Shown: one piece after another, positions 1 to 7,777 of the stretch
How the letters are laid out: each line of letters starts with the position of its first letter
Numbering within the stretch: the first letter of the stretch is position 1
IMG/VR virus record: IMGVR_UViG_3300009001_000013
Location: 1 to 58,349 of that record
Reading direction: 5' to 3' (one strand)
From: a virus
Lineage: Duplodnaviria > Caudoviricetes
Length of the DNA: 58,349 nt
The notes under the pieces: model-generated
Database searches by the model: none
Told to the model about the DNA's origin: nothing
The model's input: the letters and a program-made list of their open reading frames with translations, nothing else
Position numbers and translations under genes: made by a program

Positions 1-180
1 CTCGTCGCTGTAGTTGTTGCCCATGCTCTGGTCACCAAAACGAACAAGAACTCCGTTCTCTTGACCGGGACCAATGGTGCTTACCACGGCAGCTTTCTTC
101 GTGCCATGGCCTCTGGTTAACTTCGGCTTGTTTACACCAGCGAATCCTAACCTCTTTGCTTTCTCTGCAGCCTTAGACAT
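1..180 (-). CDS. Partial CDS (5' part; runs off the window start), small basic protein with a K-x-A-V...V-R-F-G-D motif (DUF5754-like)
   Basis: ATG at 180 reads MSKAAEKAKRLGFAGVNKPKLTRGHGTKKAAVVVSTIGPGQENGVLVRFGDQSMGNNYSDE with no stop; TATATTTG promoter directly upstream. Not in the ORF track. Family recalled from the motif only. Confidence 0.65.
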   Translation of the reverse strand, partial: MSKAAEKAKRLGFAGVNKPKLTRGHGTKKAAVVSTIGPGQENGVLVRFGDQSMGNNYSDE

Positions 181-184
181 ACTA

Positions 185-192
185 CAAATATA
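185..192 (-). promoter_or_regulatory. Bacteroidota housekeeping -7 promoter element TATATTTG
   Basis: Plus strand CAAATATA = minus strand TATATTTG (TAnnTTTG consensus), 4 nt before the ATG at 180. Confidence 0.7.
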
Positions 193-210
193 GCAACATG
201 TTGTGAATGT

Positions 211-504
211 TTATTTTACTGGTAGTTCAGAAGACCTGAGGCTAATATGAGTCTCGTGAATTCCGTACTCACCCTCCGGTATAACGTGAAGGCAAATAGC
301 TCCGTCAGGTTCAATGATGGTAATCTCATAACCCTCTGGACCCACATTCAATGTTTCGTATGTAGCATAGCTAACCCCGTCGATTAACTCGCACTCCTCA
401 AACTCAGATTCAGCTGTGCAGAAGGTTATGTACTGAGCTACTCTGTCATCATTCCAGACAATCGGAAGCTCAATGCTTTCGTCAACTTCGATATAATACG
501 TCAT
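211..504 (-). CDS. Hypothetical acidic protein, possible fibre chaperone
   Basis: 97-aa ORF coupled by a 4-nt ATGA overlap to the RCC1-like gene. Confidence 0.55.
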   Translation of the reverse strand: MTYYIEVDESIELPIVWNDDRVAQYITFCTAESEFEECELIDGVSYATYETLNVGPEGYEITIIEPDGAICLHVIPEGEYGIHETHISLRSSELPVK

Positions 505-1712
505 GATACTGAAACTAAAACCATATTCGACTGCTGACCTTCTACTGGGATTACTCTATTAATGGTAAGCCCATCAAACATGCTCAAATCCTCAATAGCC
601 GTTCTTGACGCGCCCTCTAATATTAGTTCGCCTTCAGTAATGTTTGCAGCAGTGTGTCCTGTTACGTATGTCTTACCGTCCTTGACAAATGCAGCCCCAT
701 AACCAGACCTAGCTCCAGCCCCGTAAACCTTAGTGAATCCAGTGTAAGTACCATCTCTATCCCACCCAGAAGTCTTTGAGCCAGTCTCATCCCACTGGAC
801 ATTGCTGTTGGCATATCCAGCTCTATACAGATATCCGTTATCGGTTACGATATGACCTGTATACCTCCCAAGACCAACAGAAACCACATCGTTCAATGTG
901 CCACCACCAGCAATTGTTGTAATTATTGGGGTCGTTGTCGAACCCGACTTGCCTAAGCTATTGCCATTGTTGTATCCCCAGACGTAAAGACTGCCATACC
1001 CATCACCCGCTGTTGCTTCAGTAATCGCTCCACCTCCGTCAAACCCAGCTGATATGTCTATTGCATTAGTCACGCCAGTAAGCTTTGTAAGTGTTGATGT
1101 GTTACCGCTAGTTGTTCCTTGTCCAGTTCGATAACTAGCGTTGCGACCAGCCACATAAACTTCTCCGCTATCATTCATAATGATGGTGAAGTTTTCTCCC
1201 CTTTCTACTCTAGTCCAGTTTGTTGCGGTCCCTACTTTAGTCCAGCTGGTTGTGTTCGTGTTGGTTCCATTTCCGGCCTGCTGATAGTAGTTATAACCCA
1301 AGTGATAATACTCCCCGTTTTTTATTGCGGCAAACTCAAACCTACCCCCAGCAATATCCTCCCAGTCAGTATCGGTACCAAATTGAGTCCACGTTGTTTG
1401 AGTTCCATAGCTGTTGTAGCTACCACTCCTGTTAAGCATCCACAACGTTCCGTCGCCTTTTAGGGCCCAAAAGTTAAAGTAGTAATTTGAAACCACCTTA
1501 TCAAAGGTGTGTGCGGTTGAACTTGTGAGTGAATACTGCTCTGGACCTAAGTCCGAATCAACGCCAACAAGGTTGTACACCCAAGTGTTTACAGCGTCCC
1601 CAAACATGTAGGTTCCAGCTCCTACGCTTCGGCCTCCAGCCGGAACGTCAAGACCTGATATAGAAGCTATGTTAGCCATTGATAATCCTGAGTATTCTGA
1701 AATGTCTGGCAT
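501..1712 (-). CDS. RCC1/BLIP-II-like beta-propeller protein, probable receptor-binding/fibre tip
   Basis: Repeats such as ALKGDGTLW, WEDIAGG, GEVYVAGRN, LYVWGYNNGNSLG, WTKVGTATNW; located in the fibre cluster. Confidence 0.75.
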   Translation of the reverse strand: MPDISEYSGLSMANIASISGLDVPAGGRSVGAGTYMFGDAVNTWVYNLVGVDSDLGPEQYSLTSSTAHTFDKVVSNYYFNFWALKGDGTLWMLNRSGSYNSYGTQTTWTQFGTDTDWEDIAGGRFEFAAIKNGEYYHLGYNYYQQAGNGTNTNTTSWTKVGTATNWTRVERGENFTIIMNDSGEVYVAGRNASYRTGQGTTSGNTSTLTKLTGVTNAIDISAGFDGGGAITEATAGDGYGSLYVWGYNNGNSLGKSGSTTTPIITTIAGGGTLNDVVSVGLGRYTGHIVTDNGYLYRAGYANSNVQWDETGSKTSGWDRDGTYTGFTKVYGAGARSGYGAAFVKDGKTYVTGHTAANITEGELILEGASRTAIEDLSMFDGLTINRVIPVEGQQSNMVLVSVS

Positions 1713-1726
1713 GTCCGGTCATCAAA

Positions 1727-2767
1727 TTACGCAATCTTGACATACTCTGGAGATGGGTCAAACCAAATGATGTAGTGATTCACTGACGATATGACTACAG
1801 CATTTATAACATAACCCATGTGTCGTCTGTAAACACCCGAAGTAGTTGGTGGGGCTAGAGTTAAAACGCCAGCACTAGATGGGTCCAGATAAAGGGGGTC
1901 TCCATAACTACTGCTGAATGTTCCGTTCACAGCAGACTGAGGAATCGCAACCATACCTCGGACATAAAAATTTCTGCTTCCTTGACCCCCAGTTACTGTA
2001 ACAACTGTAATACCTGCAATTTGGTTTATGTTAGTAGACGAACTAGAAGCATCTAGCAAGTCTGGGGCTCCTGCCGATTGCATAGTGTGAACCTTGAAGG
2101 CTGTAACGTCGCCAGCCTTAGTAAAACCCATTAGGTCTCCTGCACTATTTCCAGATGCGCCCATGTACGGACCATTCTCTGAACCGTCATAAAACTCCCC
2201 GAACCTAACGTTTGCGTCTGGCTGATACTCTAGGTATCCCGTCACACCCAATTCCGTTCCGTCAAACCTAAGGTTTCCCTCACCGTTAATTGTATTGGCT
2301 GTACCCGAAGCCGTAAGGAGGAAGTTGTCCGTATTGTTGTTTATGGTGACACCCCCACTAGCGGAAGCCCACTCAAGGTTTACGTCTGAGCCGGAGACAG
2401 AGTTGACCTGCAGAACCTGATTAGCCGATGGCAGTCCTGCGGGGAAGAAAAGGTTCTGGTCTGCAGACGCAGACGAGTTTGCCATCAAGCAAACATAATC
2501 AGTACCTACAGCACCTGCGAACAGCTTAAGACACCCCTGCGCACCAGAAGTATCCTCAAGGATTTGCATGCCGCCAGAAAGAGAAGTTGTAGAGGCTCCG
2601 GCATCGCTTGAGAACATGCTAAAAACGTTGTCCCCTGACGAGTTTTGAAAGAAAAGCCCAGAGCTTCCTGACGCAAACGTAAAAATTCTGGTGCTGGACG
2701 TTGCGGTTAGGTTGGTTGTAGCTAGGTTACCGTCCTCTTCAGTAAGTATTTTTTTCCAAGTGGACAT
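1727..2767 (-). CDS. Virion fibre/spike protein
   Basis: S/G/T-rich; N-terminal STWKKILTE anchor; LPSANQVLQV and INGEGNLRFDG fibre motifs; C-terminal LYLDPSSAGVLTLAPPTTSG cement-like domain. Confidence 0.7.
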   Translation of the reverse strand: MSTWKKILTEEDGNLATTNLTATSSTRIFTFASGSSGLFFQNSSGDNVFSMFSSDAGASTTSLSGGMQILEDTSGAQGCLKLFAGAVGTDYVCLMANSSASADQNLFFPAGLPSANQVLQVNSVSGSDVNLEWASASGGVTINNNTDNFLLTASGTANTINGEGNLRFDGTELGVTGYLEYQPDANVRFGEFYDGSENGPYMGASGNSAGDLMGFTKAGDVTAFKVHTMQSAGAPDLLDASSSSTNINQIAGITVVTVTGGQGSRNFYVRGMVAIPQSAVNGTFSSSYGDPLYLDPSSAGVLTLAPPTTSGVYRRHMGYVINAVVISSVNHYIIWFDPSPEYVKIA

Positions 2768-2776
2768 GGGCTGCTA

Positions 2777-2956
2777 TTATTTAGCAACCTCCATAGCCTC
2801 GGCTGGCTGCTTTTTCTGCTCTGCTTTTTGAAGCCGTTCGAATTCCTTATCGACCTTCTCTAATAGGGCGCTTACTATTTTAGCGTCAGCGGCCTTTATA
2901 GTTTGATTTTCTACTGATGTCTTTACGATGTAAAGTTCGTTAAGCTCTAATTTCAT
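2777..2956 (-). CDS. Small helical hypothetical protein (59 aa), possible fibre assembly chaperone
   Basis: Manual translation MKLELNELYIVKTSVENQTIKAADAKIVSALLEKVDKEFERLQK...; fills the gap between fibre genes; below the ORF-track cutoff. Confidence 0.65.
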   Translation of the reverse strand: MKLELNELYIVKTSVENQTIKAADAKIVSALLEKVDKEFERLQKAEQKKQPAEAMEVAK

Positions 2957-2974
2957 TGTAATGATGTTTATGGT

Positions 2975-3148
2975 CTATTTGGACTTCAATTGATTTTGTA
3001 GCTTTTGCACTACGTCTGCCAACAAAAGTACATCCTTCCCGTCAAATTTGCAATCATGCAAAACCTTTAGGATGAATGTTAACTCTTGTTGGGTCAGGGT
3101 GTCAGTGGTAACCCCACCGACATCCCTGCCCTTACCAAGAATAGGCAT
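2975..3148 (-). CDS. Small hypothetical protein (57 aa), possible fibre assembly chaperone
   Basis: Manual translation MPILGKGRDVGGVTTDTLTQQELTFILKVLHDCKFDGKDVLLLADVVQKLQNQLKSK; starts 2 nt after the upstream stop. Confidence 0.65.
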   Translation of the reverse strand: MPILGKGRDVGGVTTDTLTQQELTFILKVLHDCKFDGKDVLLLADVVQKLQNQLKSK

Positions 3149-3150
3149 TA

Positions 3151-4425
3151 TTAATCGATATACAAGTACAGGCCTTTAGTTCCTGAACCGCCGGTATTGT
3201 AGAAAAGCGCACCAGTAGGCATGATAGCAGATGTTGGGTCAGCAGTCCCTTTAGTCAATGCCGCTACACCCATGCTCGGGTATGAAGCAGCAGCACCGTC
3301 ATCCTTAAACTCCCATCCAGCAACTCCTGCGCTGCTGTCCTTCCAGAGGAAGTTCGCTCTGTTGGCTGCGGTGGACGTAGTGTCCACAATAAGACCAGAT
3401 GAAGTGGCGTTGGCAGCCGATTGAGCACCATCCGCTACCAAGATTGTCTTGTCTTCAACAGTCAAAGTCTGAACATCAACTGAAGACGTTGCTCCGTTTA
3501 CAACAAGGTCACCATAAATCGTAACTACTGGGTCACCGTTATTGGTTGTTGCTGCAGCAATCTTCATTACGTCTACAGCAGCGTTCGCAGTATAACCAGA
3601 TGACGCTCCGGGATTTGATGCTTTGAAGAAGATGTCACCACCAACCCCAGTACCCGTACTAAGACCTGACGTGAATGTGAGGTCGCCACCACTCAAGTCA
3701 GTATCTCCAGAAGTAGCAGCATTGACACCACTCATGGATATCATAGCAAGCAAGTTCTGGTCTAAGTCCAGCGTTGGGACTGTGGTACTTCCGTCACTGG
3801 TGATGTTGTCTCCGCCAATAACGGACGTAACCGTACCAATATTGCTCGTGTATCCAAGGCCGGTGACGAAATCATAAATCTGGTCACCTGTAGCAAGAGC
3901 AGTTCCATTGTTTGCCACCGCACCCGTTACGATTGTCAGCGCTGGGGTTGACGTGCCGTCAGCAACAGTTAGCTGGTTAGTCGATGCTGAAGAAACTTCA
4001 GTGACAGTACCTGTGTTCGTTGTGTACCCAAATCCAGTAACGAATGTGTGAATCTGGTCAGCCGTAGCAAGTGCCGTACCTCCATCTGCAATAGCCGCTG
4101 TCTTAGCTCTTACCGCTCCAGTTCCGTTTGATGCAGACAGCTCGATAGTTACACCATCAACAGTAACTTCAATTTCGTTCGGGTTAGCCGTAATACCATC
4201 ACCGCCAATTACATTCAGCGTGGGGTTTACTGTAGATGTTCCGGTTTGGGTCATACCCGCTCCAGCAGTAACTGACGTTACAGTACCCTCGGTGCTGCTT
4301 AAGCCACTAATCGCTGTCTGAATCGCGTCATAAACCGCGTCCTCTGAGGGAACTGTGGTGGTTACGCCATTCGTTACGGTTTGTGTAATGTCAGTCTCAA
4401 GTAAGACTCTTTTCCAATCTGCCAT
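3151..4425 (-). CDS. Virion fibre protein with an internal ~58-aa duplication
   Basis: T/G/A-rich; ADWKRVLLE N-terminus; three GTVT(S/E)V motifs; duplicated GTALAT(A/G)DQI..FVTG.GYT.N.GTVT; GDLVVNG...LTVEDKTI fibre motif. Confidence 0.75.
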   Translation of the reverse strand: MADWKRVLLETDITQTVTNGVTTTVPSEDAVYDAIQTAISGLSSTEGTVTSVTAGAGMTQTGTSTVNPTLNVIGGDGITANPNEIEVTVDGVTIELSASNGTGAVRAKTAAIADGGTALATADQIHTFVTGFGYTTNTGTVTEVSSASTNQLTVADGTSTPALTIVTGAVANNGTALATGDQIYDFVTGLGYTSNIGTVTSVIGGDNITSDGSTTVPTLDLDQNLLAMISMSGVNAATSGDTDLSGGDLTFTSGLSTGTGVGGDIFFKASNPGASSGYTANAAVDVMKIAAATTNNGDPVVTIYGDLVVNGATSSVDVQTLTVEDKTILVADGAQSAANATSSGLIVDTTSTAANRANFLWKDSSAGVAGWEFKDDGAAASYPSMGVAALTKGTADPTSAIMPTGALFYNTGGSGTKGLYLYID

Positions 4426-4464
4426 GATTTTTTGCTTAGAATTTCGTTGCTAAGATACAGAGTT

Positions 4465-4998
4465 TCAGGTTACCCCAAAATAAATATTATCATCTTCGTC
4501 GGCATACATGCCCCCCGCAAAAGCAGCTGGTGGACTAGCTACAGGGAATCGTTTAAACTCTACGACACCATCGAGGTTAACGTGACCGGTACCATTTGGT
4601 GTAAAGATAATATCCTGATTACTCGTAGAGACGATAGACTGTCCGTTGACATCTAGGTCGCCCCCTAACTGAGGAGTCGTGTCTTCAACTACGTTTTCTA
4701 ATCCGGAACCGCTACCACCTACCGCAGTCCAGTTGCTTGTATTTTGCCAATCACTATCATCTACTAACTGATACTTGTCTTCAAGCCCAACAACAGATTG
4801 ACGCGGACCATCGTATACGTACAACGTATCGTCGTTACACATATAAGCCAAGTATGGAGATGAGCGATTCGCCTCAGACAGACTATTCCTTTCGGATACG
4901 GTATTGAATATACCAATACCCCTAGTCTGCTGGAGAGCTAACTCAAGCAGCTTTGCTGAATCTGATGAATGCGATAAGGGGCCGTTAAACTCTGGCAT
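4465..4998 (-). CDS. Short fibre/structural protein
   Basis: VVEDTTPQLGGDLDVNGQSI motif common in phage fibre proteins; operon context. Confidence 0.65.
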   Translation of the reverse strand: MPEFNGPLSHSSDSAKLLELALQQTRGIGIFNTVSERNSLSEANRSSPYLAYMCNDDTLYVYDGPRQSVVGLEDKYQLVDDSDWQNTSNWTAVGGSGSGLENVVEDTTPQLGGDLDVNGQSIVSTSNQDIIFTPNGTGHVNLDGVVEFKRFPVASPPAAFAGGMYADEDDNIYFGVT

Positions 4999-4999
4999 A

Positions 5000-7339
5000 T
5001 CAAGACTCCGTATTTCTTAGTAAGTAATAAGTACCTCTGAGGCCAACGTTGGCTAATGCAGTGTACAACCTCAATACATGAAATGGAATTTTATTGCTCG
5101 CAGTTCCAAATTGAATCTGCAAGTCCAGCCCTTCTTTTAGGAGCCAGAAATCGCCTGTAGTCTGTGGTGGTTCTTCTATTCGTTGCGTGTAGTTGTTTCC
5201 CCCAAAGTCCTCAAAGAAGTCTTGGTTTAAGTTTCCACCTCCAGTCAAATCCTGATAGCCACCACTACCGTCAGAGAAATAGTATGAAGGGACAAACACA
5301 TATACGTAGTCGTTGACAGCTTGAGTATTTGGGACAAGCATAGAGACGCTGAGCTGAGATGTATTAGCATCTGCCAAATCTCCCGTAGACGTTATGTTTT
5401 CAGGGTAACTAGAGATTCCGTTGTTGGAAGTAACCCCATCGTACATATTCTGAAAGTCCGAGTCGCTGCTAGATGCAGTTAAAGCTGTTGAGCTCATAAT
5501 CATCTTAACAGGAACTCGGTTCACCGTATATGAGGCTGTCTCAAAGTCGCAGTGTGTAGAGCTTAGCGTAGAGTATGGTCTGACATTGTCCCACACTTTA
5601 ACCTTGTACGTATTCGAATCCCCAATGGCAACGTTGCCGTCGTCAATGTTGATTGTGAATAAACCTGTCCTCCCGTTAGAATCAAGAGACTCTGATGAGA
5701 TGTCCGTAACGCTACCGACAAGAGAATCATTCTCATCAAGAACTGCGTAGCTATCAAGCCCTACTCCGGATGTCTCCACCTCTACCTTGAACTTCAGGTT
5801 GCTCTCTCCATTGTATAGCTGCCTGTTAGAATCCGTCTCATCACTAGATACCGTAGCTGTTGCGTTTGTGGCTCGCTGCAAGCTGATACCGTTACTATTG
5901 CTTACGTTAAGAAGCCTAGGGGGAGTGTATGATGGATTGTACGTCACCTCAGAACTGAACACCTCACCCTGTCCATTATCAGGTTCTTCAGCGCTCACCT
6001 TCCAAGTGATATGCTCGTTAGTTGGGTTCTCCGTAGCAAAGGCAAAACTGTACAGCTCACTGTGAGTATAGCTTGCGCTTGAGCCCGTGACGCCTGTCTC
6101 TGTATGAATAAGGCTAAACGAGCCAGTACCAATCTTCTTGTAAAACTTGAACGTAATAGTCGAGCCCTGAGATGTGTTAGGGTTTGTGACGGATGCTGTA
6201 ACCTGAGCTGTCGCATCGGTAATGGCGGTATCGCTGTAACCGACGTTGCTTGGGTTCAGGGAGATTGATGGAGCTTGAATTGTGCCAAGCTGGACCAATG
6301 CCTCTCTAATGATATCTAACGCTGTCTTTGTCCCATCCCCAACTACAATGGTGTCATTGTGTGAGAACTTGCCGAAGTTACCCCCGTCTGGAAGGAACAC
6401 GCTAATGGCCGTGTCAAGCGTCTCGTCACCGATGTCAGTAAATGATAACGCTCCACTACCGTCAGTCGTCAGGGCTTGGCCTGACGTTCCGTCTGCTGTT
6501 GGCAGGGTATAAGCTGACTCAGCTGTGTTTGTGCTAGAGCCTATGAAAAATTTACCCTCAGGAAGATTTGGGACGTCGTTGCTACGACCGCTACCATAAA
6601 CCATTCCACTACCACTGGTCTCATGAGACTTGAGTACAACACCAAGGTTCTGAATAAGATTCGTTCCAGTGGGCTTCACGTTTGTGTATCCGCCAGTCTC
6701 TCCTACGTAAACGACATCACCTGCCGCAAATGCAGACGTATCTACATTCTTAATCAACCCAACTACTAGTGCCTCGCCCTCTGCTTCATCAGCGAGGGTT
6801 TCATTGAGCACAAAGGTGGCTGGCATTGCAGAGGTGGTGTCTGCTCTTGCTGCAATAACGTAAGCGAGCTGACCTGATGGGTTGGCTTCAGTAACGGCGT
6901 GAACCGGGGTACCCTTTACGAGCTCTCCTCCAGACACATTCTTAACGGTCTGAGTTACGTTGTTAGCGTCTGACGCTACGTCAGCATTGACCCAGTTAGT
7001 ACCATCGTACTGAAGCACCTGTCCGCTCGTCTCTGAAGTGAGGGATACGTCGGGTATCTCCCCTAAGGCTTCTACAGTTCCTGCCGGACCCTGCTCACCC
7101 TGTGGACCTTGCGCTCCATCGGCTCCATCGGCACCAGCCAGACCCTGCGGCCCCTGCGGACCCGTAGCCCCAGCCGGACCAGCACCAATAGCACCAGACA
7201 CAGAGATATTATTGGTCACCGTCGGAGTGACCGAAACGAACTTAGTTGTCGAGCCAGTCTTTACGATAGTAACTGAAATCACATCCCCTGCGACACTAGA
7301 TACCTTCAGTACGTTTGGTTGGTCTACGCTTACTGGCAT
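5000..7339 (-). CDS. Collagen-repeat fibre protein
   Basis: Gly-X-Y run GPAGATGPQGPQGLAGADGADGAQGPQGEQGPAG; SGQVLQYDGTNWVN; LPTADGTSGQALTTDGSG; beta-rich C-terminus. Confidence 0.8.
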   Translation of the reverse strand: MPVSVDQPNVLKVSSVAGDVISVTIVKTGSTTKFVSVTPTVTNNISVSGAIGAGPAGATGPQGPQGLAGADGADGAQGPQGEQGPAGTVEALGEIPDVSLTSETSGQVLQYDGTNWVNADVASDANNVTQTVKNVSGGELVKGTPVHAVTEANPSGQLAYVIAARADTTSAMPATFVLNETLADEAEGEALVVGLIKNVDTSAFAAGDVVYVGETGGYTNVKPTGTNLIQNLGVVLKSHETSGSGMVYGSGRSNDVPNLPEGKFFIGSSTNTAESAYTLPTADGTSGQALTTDGSGALSFTDIGDETLDTAISVFLPDGGNFGKFSHNDTIVVGDGTKTALDIIREALVQLGTIQAPSISLNPSNVGYSDTAITDATAQVTASVTNPNTSQGSTITFKFYKKIGTGSFSLIHTETGVTGSSASYTHSELYSFAFATENPTNEHITWKVSAEEPDNGQGEVFSSEVTYNPSYTPPRLLNVSNSNGISLQRATNATATVSSDETDSNRQLYNGESNLKFKVEVETSGVGLDSYAVLDENDSLVGSVTDISSESLDSNGRTGLFTINIDDGNVAIGDSNTYKVKVWDNVRPYSTLSSTHCDFETASYTVNRVPVKMIMSSTALTASSSDSDFQNMYDGVTSNNGISSYPENITSTGDLADANTSQLSVSMLVPNTQAVNDYVYVFVPSYYFSDGSGGYQDLTGGGNLNQDFFEDFGGNNYTQRIEEPPQTTGDFWLLKEGLDLQIQFGTASNKIPFHVLRLYTALANVGLRGTYYLLRNTES

Positions 7340-7348
7340 GGCAAATCG

Positions 7349-7777
7349 TTAGGCAGTTACAGATACATCCTCGTTAACTTTTAACGTGCCATAAATTAAA
7401 GTAGCAACAGTGGGAGTGGCGAGGGGGCTGCCCTCACTATCGTTCACCACCTTTTGCTCCACGTCGTATGCATAGAGTCCTGATGGCATTGTCTTCATAG
7501 TGGCGGCTGACACCGTCAAGTCAATGTACCCGGCAGTAGCGTCATCACTATCTGCTGTAACCTCCGCCTTGAACTCAGCGGAAGATTCATTTAACACAAG
7601 GTTTCCCGTATCGGTTTCTCGAACCTCAAACAGAAACACATCTGCTTCCTGAAATGCGGCAACAGGTGGAGTGTCTGCCGTAGTCAGGGTCAGCCGCAGC
7701 GAAAAGGTGTCACCCTTTCTACAGATAACATCAACGCGCTGAGCTGTATCTAGATTGATTTGTGTTGCTTTAGCCAT
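7349..7777 (-). CDS. Structural adaptor protein (BppU-N/LtfC-like Ig fold)
   Basis: RKGDTF...GYIDLTVSA..T..MPSGLYAYDVE...LIYGTLKV pattern; overlaps the portal stop. Confidence 0.6.
   Translation of the reverse strand: MAKATQINLDTAQRVDVICRKGDTFSLRLTLTTADTPPVAAFQEADVFLFEVRETDTGNLVLNESSAEFKAEVTADSDDATAGYIDLTVSAATMKTMPSGLYAYDVEQKVVNDSEGSPLATPTVATLIYGTLKVNEDVSVTA

Noticed and set aside
501-7339. Diversity-generating retroelement or invertible fibre cassette
   Set aside because: No reverse transcriptase or invertase gene, and no TR/VR pair or inverted repeats seen.
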